NCBI GenBank assembly: GCA_964016885.1
Contig: OZ024740.1
Coordinates: forward strand, 356,066,001-356,130,000
DNA: 64,000 nucleotides
From: Eledone cirrhosa
Taxonomy: Eukaryota
Direction of reading: 5' to 3'
How positions within the stretch are numbered: the stretch's first letter is position 1; each line of letters begins with the position of its first letter. The position numbers and the translations under genes were made by a program. Of this stretch, positions 26,772 through 39,899 are shown in pieces. The notes below the pieces were generated by a model. It saw nothing but the letters and a program-made list of their open reading frames with translations, was not told the DNA's origin and searched no databases.

Positions 26772-27377
26772 GTCTATCTTTCTATTTATCTATTGACACT
26801 GTTATTACACTGACTTACTTCCTTGTATGTATTCAGTTTGGTGAAAAAGAGAAGAATCAACTTCATATGTACGATAACCTGTAATACATGTATTGAGTAC
26901 TTTTTCTCTCTTGTTTGTATATCCAAACATAAATGCACTTACCATATATATATATATTAGCTATGACATTTAAAATAAAATCAAATTTCTATTTATTTTC
27001 ATATGCTTGAAATCATAAATATGAAAGAAGTTTTTGTGTGATACTGGGCTATGTTAGATGGTAGAATGATGGTGTATCAGTTGGTTGTCCAGTGGCAACA
27101 AAACTGTCTATCATCTTTATGTGATATAATTGCTATGAAGAATAAAGTGAAATGAACCACCCAGTCAATTTTCCACCTCCATTTTCTCTCCTGGTTTTGC
27201 CATTATTATCTTTTGTACTATGTGAAGACTTCCTTGTTGGTGTACATTCTGACAGAAGTGAACAGGCCATATAAACATTCAGATGATGCACTGTGGGTTA
27301 CTGGACTGGGTAAAAAAAAGCTGTAAAATGTCATGTAAAATTGAAGGGATAGACTAAAATGAAAATAGAAGACATCT

Positions 27378-27690
27378 TAGCTGAGCAGTATAAACATGTC
27401 CCTAGCTCTCAGCAGCTTGTTAGTCGGTGTCACCTCAGCTGAGCAGTGTAAACTTGGCCCTAGCTCTCAGCTCTAAGCAGCTTGTTAGTCAGTGTCACTT
27501 CAGTTGAGCAGTGTAAACATGCCCCTAGTGCTCAGCAGTTTGTTAGTCAGTGTTGCCACAGCAGAGCAGTATAAACTTGGCCCTAGCTCTCAGCTCTCAG
27601 CAGTTTGTTAGTGTCACCTTAGCCAAGCAGTGAAAACACATCTTTGGTCCCCAGCAGTCAGTTATTCAGTGTTGCCTCAGCTAAGCAGTG
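27378..27690. repeat. ~58-65-bp tandem repeat, ~5 copies
   Basis: Unit agctgagcagtgtaaac...cctagctctcagcagcttgttagtcagtgtcacctc. Confidence 0.85.
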
Positions 27691-28073
27691 TTAATATGCC
27701 AATAGTCTATTATTGTTACCCAGATGCCCATGCTAATTTTAAGACTCAGTCTACTTCCGAAGTCTGGTAATTATATTTTACATCAGCAAACTAAAGTCAA
27801 TAATAATAGGGCATAAAACTAACACATAGTGGGTGGAAAGCAAATATTGTAGCACAATTAGATCAGCACTCTACTAGTTTAAACTGCATATCAACTTTAT
27901 TATAAGGAATAATATTATTAGAATAATTTCAAGAGAAATTGGCAAAATACATTTTTGTCAATAGGTTATCAGATTACTGAGCTCAGACAGAATTATATTA
28001 ATCTTCAGCCAGGCATATAATGGAGCTCTGTATAATAAGTTGGCTATATATATATATATACACACACACACAT

Positions 28074-28308
28074 ATCATCATCATTTTACGTCCGCTTTTC
28101 CCTGCTTGCAAGGGTGGGACGGGAACTGATTCTGGCTTGATTTCTACAGCTGGATGCCCTTCCTAACACCAACCTCATTTACAGTGAGTGCTGGGTGCTT
28201 TTTTTCCGTGGCGCCTACACGTCCACTTTGCAGTGGAATGATAGGGACCCCAGTCCCTATCATCTCATTTCTACAGCTGAGTAAACTGGAGCAATGTGAA
28301 ATAAAGTG
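28074..28308 (-). mobile_element. SINE family A (5'-truncated) with RTE tail
   Basis: Matches the 3' two-thirds of 32761-33097. Confidence 0.8.
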
Positions 28309-28799
28309 AAATAATTGCAATTACAGCCAGTTGCTATGAAATAGCTAATAAAAACCAGGTAAAGGTCTCTAGAGATGGGAAAAATGTTGGCAATGGCTGT
28401 TGTGTAGAATCGAACAATGTATCTTCCACATACCAGCTAGCTGCTCTAACCATTGAACTAAAGGACTTGATAACATATTACTATTTAAATTAAGATGCTG
28501 ATTCAAAGATCTTTTGAAAATATAAACAAACAACATGTGTGAATCTTTAAGTTTTGAACATATGAAAGTGCCAAGGAAATAAAATTATTAGATGTAGGAA
28601 GCTTAAGCACAGAATATAACAGCAATTTCAGTCAGTTGCTATAAAACAGTTTATAAATAATGGGTAAAGTCTTTTAGAGGTGGAAAAATGTTGGCAGTGG
28701 TTGCTACGAAGAATAAAAGAATGTATGGTGTGCCATATAATCTCAGTGTTTTCCTAATAAATCTTTTTCTCAGGCATTGTGTATATAAGTCTTCATTAT

Positions 28800-29224
28800 C
28801 CAAAATGTTTCCGAAAGTCATGGGAGCTGTGCTGTTTTCTGACTTTGTAGGCATACCCATGTGCGTTAGACACATGTAAATCAAAAAGGTTCTCAGAGTT
28901 GTTGTTGGCAAGATGGTTAATAATTTTGTGGGTGTTTACCAAGTCAGTTGCCAGACGTTGGAACTTCAATGTATCCATGCCCAGGGAAGCAAGGCGTTCA
29001 GAGTATGATAGATGCCTGATGGAGGGTATTCGCTTAGTTGCACGTATCTGAACAGTTTCCAGGAGGTCAATGTTCTGAGCAAGATAGGGGTTCCAGACTG
29101 GTGATGCAAATTCTAAGTGTGGCCGCACCATAGCTATATACAGCTTTAAATAGATAGCTGGAGAGTGGCTGACAAAGGTCTTGCTGAGTGATGCTAAGAC
29201 ATCCTCGGCCTTCTTGACAATTTT
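28800..29224 (-). mobile_element. CR1-clade LINE fragment (RT C-terminal region)
   Basis: KLYIAMVRPHLEFASPVWNPYL...LETVQIRATKRIP..RHLSYSERLASLG..TL..RL..DL...HKI is the typical CR1 ORF2 C-terminus. Confidence 0.9.
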
Positions 29225-29373
29225 AGAGAAAAGGATACTCTAAAATTTTAGTTATATACAGCTAATTTTCTCAATATTATGCTGGTGTTTGGAACATGAA
29301 TTAAGAAAGGTTCTTACTGAAAATTATGATGGAAAATGTTTAAATAAAGTTAAACAATAAAATAAAGTTTTCT

Positions 29374-30030
29374 AAATAAGAGGGATCAGATGTTGTTTAC
29401 TCGAGAGAAGGCTACGTTGGTATGGACACGTGATGCGCATGAAAGTCGATAGCTGTATAACAAAGTGCAGGGCAATAAAGATAGACGGTAGTCACGGAAT
29501 AGGCAGACCTAGAAAAACCTGGGACGAGCTGATAAACTCCGACATCACACACTTACACCTCTCCAAGACAATGTCACTGGACCGAGACCTTTGGCGGTAC
29601 TCAGTAACAGAGAAGACCCGCCTTACCTAAATATATAGTAAAACCTACTCCAGCCAGTAGGCATCTCTAACAAAATACACCCCGTCCCACCACCCCCACC
29701 CCCACCCCATCCACACCACCCCGTTCTATGTAAAGTTATGTTGGTGCCGCGCCATCGAGGCCGAAACAAATGAGATCGTGTAGGTGTCACGACAAAAAAA
29801 CACACAGTCCACGCTGTAATGTGGCCGTGTAGGCAACACGGTAAAAACCTCCCAGACCCACACTGTAAATGTGGTTGGTGTTAGGAAGGGCATCCAGCTG
29901 TAGAAAACCTGCCAGACAGTCCTATGCGAGCAAGACAATCACTCTTGCCTCAAGTGGGACTACCCCCGTCCAAACCCATGCAAGCGTGGAACACGGACGT
30001 TAAACGTTGATGATGATGATGATGATGATG
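29374..30030 (+). mobile_element. RTE LINE 3' fragment (subfamily 2) inserted in a TTAA-MITE
   Basis: RRLRWYGHVMRM...GRPRKTWDE, 3' UTR and (GAT)n tail; near-identical organisation to 42469-43295. Confidence 0.9.
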
Positions 30031-32760
30031 ACAACCATTGGCGGTTTCAGGTTTGGTATAAAAAGGGTTAATACAATCGCAAATCTTCTAAAAACCTGTA
30101 ATAAATATCTTGAGTTTTTAGCAGCCTATTGCTTTCTACATCATTAGCACTCTAGGAGTTTGTTATTATAGACTAAAATACCTTGTAGTCTTTTACTAAA
30201 ATCCTAAGCCTTTTACCAGCTAGTTTACCCAAGTTACCATTCCATTATTTAATTTTCAAGTAGACTTCCAACATAACTCCTCAGTATATTACTAGTCTCA
30301 TGATGGACTCTCAGTGTGGTGACTCAAACATTTAGAAATAGCCGCCATATTATATCATAAAAATCACAATGTGTCATCTTAAAAAAAAGGAATGACAGTC
30401 CTACATACATTATGACTGAAAAAAAAAGAAGAAAAAAATTAAAGCCGAAAATAATCATTGCTAAAATGCCTTTGACTATAAGTCTCCTAGATCAGGACAA
30501 ACCTGGGGCTAAACATCAGCAACAACTATAGTCAGTTATCAAGGTCTTCAACATGCAACCTGTCTGACAACCAGCATCAAAATACTCTGCATCATTAAGA
30601 TACTAAAATACGATAGTAATCTGATACACTAGACTGATACACTAGACTGATACACTAGACTAAATACGTCATTAAAGAATCAACATTATTGCCAATAAAA
30701 TGGTAGTTTTGTTGTTGTTGTTGGCTAGCACTAGGTTAACTCTGAACGAGCAGACCTTTAATCTAGCAGACCTATAATCAAAGGCATTCCAAACATGACT
30801 ATTTTATTATATTTTTGAAATTGTTCATTTTTTAAAGATGGTAGTGTAAGCTGCTAATTCAGACATCTTGAGCAGCCACATAGAAGATTCCTTATTGATT
30901 AATTGCAGGTATTAGTGTAGATAAAGCTGTAGTTATTGCAGTTGTTGTTCTTGGTAAAGCTAAATTTATTGTAGTTATTGTTGTTCAGCCCCAAGTCAGT
31001 CCTGGTTGAGAAGATCAATGATCAAAACAACTGTATCTGCAGTCATGTTGTTTATATTTTTCAAACAGTGTTATCTCAGACTACTTTATCCAATGTGGTC
31101 TGTATTTTATTTTTATATACAGCAGGTTATGATTTGAAGGGCATTTAGCTGTTACTTCAAGGAAGTCAAGTACTACAGTAGAGGCCCCCTTGTTGTTGTC
31201 ATTGTTTTGTCCCAGGCCAGCCTTAGCTATGCATAAATATGATCAAAGGCAATCCAGTTGTGGTCTTTTTGTCTTTTTCCTACATGCACGGAACTCAGGG
31301 TCACATTGTCCAATGTGTCTTTTTCTAAAGTGTGAGATATATTTGGCTACTATTTCTAGTAGCTTAAGCAGCCATGTACAGGTTCTTTAGTTACTGCAAT
31401 AGCTGTTGTTTTAACTGTTTTGATACCAGCCTGGCTGAAACCGACTGTAGTTCTATGAAATAAAACCACCCATTGTAAAGGGTTCGTAGTTAATTTAAAT
31501 ATTCCGACATAATTTTATATAAACACATATCTTAGTAATGAAATAGTTAATAATTTTAGTAAATCTTTCAAAATTCTTTATTAACCCTTTTGATACCAAC
31601 CTGTCCAAAACTGGTTCTAGTTCAAATTTATAATTTTCTAACATCATTTTATATAAGAACCATATGTTGAATTACTACCTTAATAATGAAATTATTGATA
31701 ATTTTAGTGAATCAGTTAGATTAGAACTCACTGTTGCAAACTTCAGAAGAACTATAAAATTCACAGCAATGAGTTCAATCTCTTTTGCTTCCACCAAACT
31801 AACTTGGATGAGGAAGTCAAAAAGGGCTAAAATGTCAAAAGAAGGCTAAATATGTCTCTCATATTTATTGAGAAAATTAAAATAATGTCTTTTCCTCGTA
31901 TTCATTTCTAGTTAACATTAAGCAACTTTGCAGAGGAACTGTTTCAGTGACCAGGTTGCAGAGAGAACGATGAACATTTTGACACTAGGAAATAAATGAT
32001 AATATAAAGTAAAATTAACAGTTTTTGTGTATTTTTAAATGGCTTAAAATTATTTTCCATGCAGTAATTGCTTCAATTTTAACATATGGGCTTAGATCAT
32101 GTCACTTGCCAGACAAGTTCAAACCTGAATACTAACTGTATACTAATTTCAAGTATTTAGTGGTGATACCTGGAGTCCAATAGAGTATGGGGCACTCGTT
32201 AGCACTGTATTATGTTTATTTTTGTTGTTATTGTCATCCACCCTCCAGGAAGTTCTGAGTAAGCTGATTTAAGATCAGACGATCCATAACTATCCAGTCT
32301 TATTTTAAGAAGTGTACCTATGTTAACTGATGTATCCCTTTTTAAGAAGGTAAGGTATAATTCAAAAGAGATTTGGCTGTTATTTCTACAAGGTTAAGCA
32401 ATCATGTAGAGGCTGTGTGCATTGGCTAATGTAGTATTAATTTAATTAGTGGTTTGTTCGTTATGCTGAGTCTGTTAATGACAATGATATATTGTGTGTG
32501 ATTAATATCTAGAGCAATGATTTTGAATGTAGAGTGTACACCCCACAGGAGATCAATTTGAAGATTTGGTGGAAAAATAACACACACGCACACACATGTA
32601 ATCTGTGTATATGTATGTACATATATGTATATGTATGTATATGTATAAATATATGTGTATATATGTATAAATATATGTATAAATATATATGTATAAACGT
32701 ATGTATATATATGTATAAATATATGTATATATATATATGTATAAATATATGTACATATGT

Positions 32761-33097
32761 ATCATCATCATCATTTTACGTCCGCTTTTCCCTGCTTGCA
32801 AGGGTGGGATGGGAACTGATTGTGGCTTGATTTCTACAGCTGGATGCCCTTCCTAACACCAACCTCATTTTACAGTGTGGGCTGGGTGCTTTTTTTGCTG
32901 TGGCACCTCCACTACCACAAACCAGTGGAATGATAGGGACCCCAGTCCTATCATCTCATTTCTACAGCTGTGTAAACTGGAGCAATGTGAAATAAAGTGT
33001 CTTGCTCAAGGAAACAACACATCACCCGGTCTGAGAATTGAACTCACAAGCTTTCGATTGCAAGGCCAATGCTCCAACCACTAAGCCATGTGCCTCC
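32761..33097 (-). mobile_element. tRNA-derived SINE family A (full length) with RTE-derived tail
   Basis: Minus strand: A box tggcttagtgg, B box gagttcaattc, central ccttgagcaagacactttatttcacattgctccag, tail cttgcaagcagggaaaagcggacgtaaaatgatgatg. Confidence 0.85.
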
Positions 33098-33110
33098 ATG
33101 TGTATGTGTG

Positions 33111-33285
<175 letters not shown>

Positions 33286-33525
33286 TCATAGAGATCTGGG
33301 ACTTGTCTATTTCTTCTCACTTTCCGTTGCTTAAACCTTTTTGTTTGTTACCCTGGCGTCCCCTTTGTTTACGTGTCCCAACGACTTTTTTTAGCCATTG
33401 TTCGCACCAACCTGAGGCATATGGCCCTTAAAGCGATGAAATGCCTGGGACGGTTGGAGGGTCACTGATGAAGGACTTACTTTTTCATATGCCCCACCAT
33501 TTGCAACGCGCAGCCTATTATTATC

Positions 33526-33568
<43 letters not shown>

Positions 33569-33692
33569 CACATTGTTATACTTTGGGAGGGTCATGTTGC
33601 CAATAAGAAACGCACTCACAAGTTGCTTTCACTTCAATTTATTATATATAAATTTCTGGTTGGTGGCACAACCAGATAGTTGTTTATATATT

Positions 33693-33735
33693 GTCAAAGT
33701 TCTTTCGTCACACATTCTGTGACCTCTTCAGTGAC
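33693..33735 (-). ncRNA. Minimal type-I hammerhead ribozyme-like motif
   Basis: Minus strand: gtca-CTGAAGA-g-gtcaca(gaatg)tgtgac-GAAA-gaac-TT-tgac; one extra G before stem II. Confidence 0.65.
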
Positions 33736-34676
33736 TGGGGATTCTTTTCTTTGTTTTTGTGCCTCTCCTTTGTTCTGTCCTACGCCATTATATATATATA
33801 CATATATATGTATGTATGTGTATATATAAATATATATGTATATATGTGTATATATATATTATATATGCGCATATATATGTGTGTGTATGTGTTATATTGT
33901 GTTAGATTGCTGTTGTTATTATTGTTTTGTCGTAGTTGTAGTTATTGTTGTTGTTAATGTTGATATATTCCTATTGCTCCATTACACACTCCTTTCTTCA
34001 TATCCTTTTAGACAGGACGCTTTCCTGCCAGCTACTTCCTCTTTGCTTTGCTATTCCGCTTACTGTCTGAGATATATTGACACCCCCTACCATATATATA
34101 TATATATATATCTGTGTGTGTGTGTTTATATGTATATATATATGTCTGTGTGTGTGTGTGTGTTTATATGTATATATATATGTCTGTGTGTGTGAATATA
34201 TATATATATGTCTATATATATATAATATATATATATACATATGTAGATAAATCTACCAAAATATATGGTAGTGTCCAATCCGTATGAAGAACTCAATGTA
34301 ATCCAAATATCATGAAAAGAGAAGATGTATTCAACATTTTTTCGATGAAAAACACAGGAAAACAGAGTCAAGATAAGTTAATAATAATATACATACCTAT
34401 ATAATAATAATATACATACCTACACATATATATGCTGTCTTCAGACAGCATATATATGTGTAGGTATATTCCCTCTGATAGTTTGTAAAAATTTTACATA
34501 GATCTATATGATATACATACCAACACACACATATATATCCTAGAAACGATCGTAAAATGATGAATTTTTTAATATAAGGAACTGTTTCTTTGTTTTTATT
34601 CATTATTTTTATTAATTTATATATATATATATATATGTATATATATGTCTGTTTATATATATATACAGTATATATA

Positions 34677-34888
34677 CAGGGTGTTTCAAAAAATTTGATA
34701 TCAATGGCCAGTTCCCAAGGTTGTCACATGGAAATATATATTGTGAATTAATGTTATAACGTGGACCTGTTTTGAGGAATAAATCTTGTGTTACTCAACA
34801 TGGAGCCTGCTTAGTCTCGTTGTCCTAGACCTTGTAGTTTCTGGGATATTTACATCTCAAATGATATTAAATTTTTTGAAACACCCTG
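34677..34888. mobile_element. Tc1/mariner-type MITE
   Basis: TA|cagggtgtttcaaaaaatttgatatca ... tgatattaaattttttgaaacaccctg|TA. Confidence 0.9.
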
Positions 34889-35092
34889 TATATAATATAT
34901 TTATATACATCGTTTAACTTATCCCAAATTCAGAATACAAGCAAAGCTAGCTAATACAAGAGAGTTTCACTTGCATGTTGTCACTAATTGCAGTTTCTGG
35001 AATCAAGAAAGAATATTAATTATCTCAATAAATTACGAAAACAAGCATTGTAAGAAATTCCTTCATGAGAGGGGTTCTTTGGAAGAAGAGCC

Positions 35093-35482
35093 TAATTGTT
35101 TCTACATTTGGCACAAGGCCACACATTTTTGGGGAAGAGGGAAAAGTCAAATAAATCGACCCTGGTGCATTACTGGTGCATTGCTGGTAAGGATGAAAGG
35201 CAAAACTAACCTCAGCGGGATTTGAACTCAGAACGAAAAGGGCCGTAACTCTGTTCTGAAAAGCATGGTGCCCGACGCTCTACCGATATTGGAGGAAGAA
35301 AATAATGGTTTCTGATTCAGGAACAAGGCCAGTAATGGATTACTGGTACTTTATTTTATTGAACCCGTAAGGATGAAAGGCAAAGCTAACCTCAGTTGGA
35401 TTTGAATTCAGAACATAAAGGGCCATAGCTCTATGCTGCAAAGCATGGCGTCTGCTGCTCTATCAATACTGCCAATTCACCA
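35093..35482 (-). mobile_element. Two tandem SINE family B copies
   Basis: Two occurrences of gtaaggatgaaaggcaaa...aacctc...gatttgaa.tcagaac. Confidence 0.8.
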
Positions 35483-36557
35483 ATAATATTCACCTGTTAG
35501 TATCCTTATCGAACCAGCATGGTGCCAATAGTTACACATGTGTATAATTCAACCACTGAAGGAATATCTGTATATGAAGGACAATATGAATCTGTCTAGA
35601 GCAACTCCACAATTAAAGAGAAGTAGATATCAAACAGTGATAAAGAAAAAGTTATTTGTTACTAATATACTGGACATCATCAGTAATAGTCCAACTAGTT
35701 TTAAACTGGTTCTATCCTGATATATATACTGTATATATATCTGTGTGTGTGTGTGTACAACAAAGTATAGCTCAAATTGTTTAAATTGTTTAAAATTGAA
35801 ATTGTTCAGATGTGAAACCACTTCATATATATCCTGAAGGTCAATTGTTTACATGAGAAACACTTATCTACATCATCCAAGTATATTGTTTAAAATGAAC
35901 CAAATCAAGGAGCCTTACCTTATAAGGATAAATAATTTTAAATGAACAGTTTTGAATCATATATCGAGGCAATTTTAGGTGGTTTGGTATTAAAAAAAGC
36001 CCATTGGTTAATTGAGATCCAAATATACTGTCTGAAAAATAGACAAGTTGGATATGCTGAAGCATATTTGATCATAGTTGTGCTTAGTCAAGAAACTAAA
36101 CATTTTCTATTACAACTACACATACTCACATATAAAGAAAGATCTCCTTAGGGGAAGAATGACCATGGGTTTGTACTTTGAAAGTTCCCCTTTGAGTTAA
36201 GGTGTTTTTATGGAAGACCAGCAGTTGCCATATATGTGTCAATCTCAACCTCTCTATGCCACTGATGTTGTCTATGGCAAAGGGCAATACAGTTTATCAC
36301 CAGTAACGTTACAACTCTTTTTTACAACTAAGTGAACTGTAGCAACATGAAATATAGTGTCTTTCTCAATTGAGTTCACAACCTCACGATTGCCAGCCTG
36401 ACCCTAGGCCTTGTGCCTTCACTACTCTTTCTCTCACACACTTATACAACCATGCAGACATACATATATTCTAATACAGGGCCAATGAAATATATTTTGC
36501 AAAGCAGAACAAGACTACTTCCAGGCCATGGGGGAATAAAACTTTTTCAAATTCTAA

Positions 36558-36771
36558 CCCTTTAGCATTTAAATCAGCTGTTTCTGGTTAGAATTCTCTC
36601 ACTTCTTTCTGATCAAACTGGCCATAACTGGCCACATACTTATATTAAGGTATTGTTCTCAAAATAAATAATATCAAAATCTCATAGATTTGATATTATG
36701 TGCGATAATTATGTGAGATAAAGTGTTGACTATGAAAATACAATGTATATATTTATGTAAATGCTAAAGGG
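36558..36771. mobile_element. piggyBac-like MITE
   Basis: ccctttagcattta ... taaatgctaaaggg|TTAA; inverted relative to 3218-3435. Confidence 0.8.
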
Positions 36772-37976
36772 TTAAGGAGTTGAGAGGTTTCTTTAGGTGG
36801 ATGGGGTTGGGGCTCAAATATTTAGGGGCCCTTCCATGGCTAGCTGGGGCTCCTTAATGACATACTTGCTCAACCCAACTTTTGTAGGTTCTATATACAT
36901 ATGGAGATGTGTAATTCAGCATTAGATAACATGTTTCATGTACATTCCACATATAGGGATTGGCATGTGGATGGGTATATGTATGTCAGTGTTTGTGTGT
37001 ATATGTGTATTAATTACATGTGTATGAAATAGAGAGAAAGAAGTGTGTGTTGTGAGATGTATGAGAGTACATGGGTATGTGTGTGTGTGTGTATGTTAAT
37101 CACTGTTATGTATTATTATTATGTGATTTAAAAAAAATCTCTTCATATGCAGGTCTTGGGGGTAGGAGAGAGAGAGGGAATTGACTCCAGTATTGGACTG
37201 ATACTTTATTTATCGATCCCAAAAGAGTGAAAGTAAATTTGACCACAGTGGGATTTGAACTCAGAACACAAAGTTGGAACAAAAACCACAAAACATCCTA
37301 TCTGACACCCTAACAACTCTGACAATTCATCAAATTTAGAGAGTTATCTAAAATTTATTTCTGATAGATGTTTCACTAATCTTGAAAAGTGATTAGCAAA
37401 CAGAAAAACTGATCCATTTATGATTTAGCTCTTATCATTCTGTAGTAATTTAGCAGAAAATATTTAAAAACTGGTTTGTTATTTATAGTATCCTTAATAG
37501 TAGACAACAGATTGTGTTGAAAATTTGCAGTATTAGAGTAAAACATTCTTCTAAATTTTTAATGTGATGCAATCATAATATTTTGTACTTTTAGAGAAAT
37601 TTTTTGCTAATGTGTGCTTTCATGCAGTATCGGATTCTAAGAATAATACAGAGAATGAAGGGAAACAAGATTTTACTAACATTAGAGTATAGGCAATATG
37701 GCAATTATATCTAGGTGATGAGTTCAATTCTGTTGAAGAATTCTTTTTTTTTTCTAAGAACACATTGCATTATTTTATATGCCTAAGAAGAGGAAGAGCA
37801 GTGTAGTGCGCTTGACCATTTTGTAGGATCTCAAGGACTGCTGAGAGAAGTAAGGTATAGATTGATTATCTTTAGTTATCCATAACTCAGAGAGATAATA
37901 TTTTTGTTGCTAGCAGAAGTAGTAGCTAGATGAACTTTTTCCATCTCATTCTAATTTTGGCTTTTAAGCTTCCATA

Positions 37977-38333
37977 TCATCATCATTTTACGTCCGGGAA
38001 CTGATTCTGGCTTGATTTCTACAGCTGGATGCCCTTCCTAACACCAACCTCATTTACAGTGAGTACTGGGTGCATCATTCCGTGGTGCCTACACGTCCAC
38101 ATTACAGTGTTGGCTGGGGGCTTTTTTGCCATGGCATCTACACGTCCACTTTGCAGTGGAATGATATGGACCCAGTCCCTATCATCTCATTTCTACAGCT
38201 GAGTAAACTGGAGCAATGTGAAATAAAGTGTCTTGCTCAAGGAAACAACACATCACCCGGTCTGAGAATTAAACTCACAACCTTTCGATTGCAAAGCCAA
38301 TGCTATAACCACTAAGCCAAGCCATGTGCCTCC
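37977..38333 (-). mobile_element. SINE family A with RTE tail
   Basis: High similarity to 32761-33097. Confidence 0.85.
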
Positions 38334-38361
38334 ATATGTATTATACACACACACACATATA

Positions 38362-38597
38362 CAATCTGTTCACTTTTTACGTGAACTTGAAGTACATGAA
38401 TTCGCTTTAACGCCTCTTGAAAAAATATCATTAAATATTCACTTTGCGCAAATAATCTGATATAATGCGTAAATAACCTGCTATAATGCGTGTAGTTTTT
38501 ATATTTTAATTTATCAGAAATTTAGTCTTGAAGTACACGAATTTGCTTTACATGCCATGTTCATGAATGCATCTTTGTGTAAAAAGCAAACAGACTG
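38362..38597. mobile_element. TA-flanked MITE (Tc1/mariner/pogo-like)
   Basis: TA|caatctgttcactttttac ... gtaaaaagcaaacagactg|TA imperfect terminal inverted repeats. Confidence 0.65.
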
Positions 38598-38746
38598 TAT
38601 ATATGTATATCTATATCTATATAGTGCATGTGATTCAGTGAATTACTGGTGATGGTACCAAATCAGCACTAGATTCACAGTCAGTGTGTATATATTATGA
38701 AAAACAAAGTTTCATTTAATTGTATTTAGTTTTTTATTGTGTATTG

Positions 38747-38838
38747 ACCTGTTATGCGTGTTTCGCAGATGATTGGCTCAAGGTTACCCATAGAAATTAC
38801 AGACCAGACTCCATTATCGATCTGCTCTTCAGATTGGT
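38747..38838 (-). ncRNA. Hammerhead ribozyme-like motif with long stem II loop
   Basis: Minus strand: accaat-CTGAAGA-gcagat(~45 nt)atctgc-GAAA-cacgca-TA-acaggt. Confidence 0.55.
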
Positions 38839-39140
38839 GATTCAACAAAAAATACACATTCATAAATGGGAGATGTTAGCGAAATAAATTCAGAACAACT
38901 AATTATACTCACTCCAAATATCCCTAGTGCAAGACCAATATCAAACATCTTAACTAGCTAAGACATCTAACATTGAGAGAATGCTAACTATCTTAAGGCT
39001 TCTGGGTAAGAAGAAAAATATCCTTTATGTGACTGAAATATATGTGTTTTTCCAAACAAGAAAGCATCACTTGTTTAATGGACAAAATGAAAAAAATAAC
39101 AGGTGGACGAGTAACAAGTTAAAAGGTGTGCTAGAAATAG

Positions 39141-39193
39141 GTCACCAACTCACCTGTTAGTATTACAAGGGAGTATAGAAAAATTATCAGACA

Positions 39194-39224
<31 letters not shown>

Positions 39225-39278
39225 GTGTTTGATAATTTTTCTATACTCCCTTGTAATACTAACAGGCGAGTTGGTAAC
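39141..39278. repeat. ~55-bp-arm inverted repeat with (TA)n loop
   Basis: gtcaccaactcacctgttagtattacaagggagtatagaaaaattatca pairs with tgataatttttctatactcccttgtaatactaacaggcgagttggtaac. Confidence 0.9.
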
Positions 39279-39306
39279 ACAGACACCATATATATATATA
39301 TATATA

Positions 39307-39468
39307 TAATTGTTTCTAGTTTTGGCAAAAGGCCAGCAATTATCACAGTGTATTACTGGTACTTTATTTTATCGACCCCGAAAGGATGAAAGGCAAAGTT
39401 AACCTCGGCGGGATTTGAACTCAGACCATAAAGGGCCGTAACTCTATGCTGCAATGACCCTCTACCGA
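39307..39468 (-). mobile_element. SINE family B
   Basis: Reverse complement of the consensus. Confidence 0.85.
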
Positions 39469-39899
39469 TGACCTACAGTCACATAGGTGGCTCAATGAAC
39501 ATTTTATATATATCTATCCGTCGGGTGTCTGTGTCTACTCGGAACTGCAGGGGCACCTAAAACACTTACTGGACACATGGTACATACGACCAAATCATAC
39601 ACAATTGTGAGTGATAGATGTAGTAGTTTATATATCTATCTGTCTGCCTATATATATATATGATGAATAAATTGAAATAAAAACATCTTAATTTCATTGT
39701 TCTGTAAAGAGCTCAATGGAAGAAGGTTAAAACCCATTCCAGAGCAACACTTATGCAAGAATATTATGAAAAACAATATTAATTATATATATTGTAATAC
39801 ATATGACAAGGTACAAAAGCAATAATCTTTCTCTTTCTCTGTATATATATATATATATATATATATCATATATACACATATACATATATATATATATAA

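Noticed and set aside
28320-28750. Diverged ~110-bp direct repeat (28325-28430 / 28630-28730)
   Set aside because: Old local duplication without TIR, LTR or ribozyme hallmarks; nothing further supportable.
33020-33097. tRNA gene
   Set aside because: A/B boxes are present but there is no complete cloverleaf; it is the head of a multicopy SINE.
33461-33495. gtca-CTGATGA-agg... possible hammerhead
   Set aside because: No GAAA/UH half follows.
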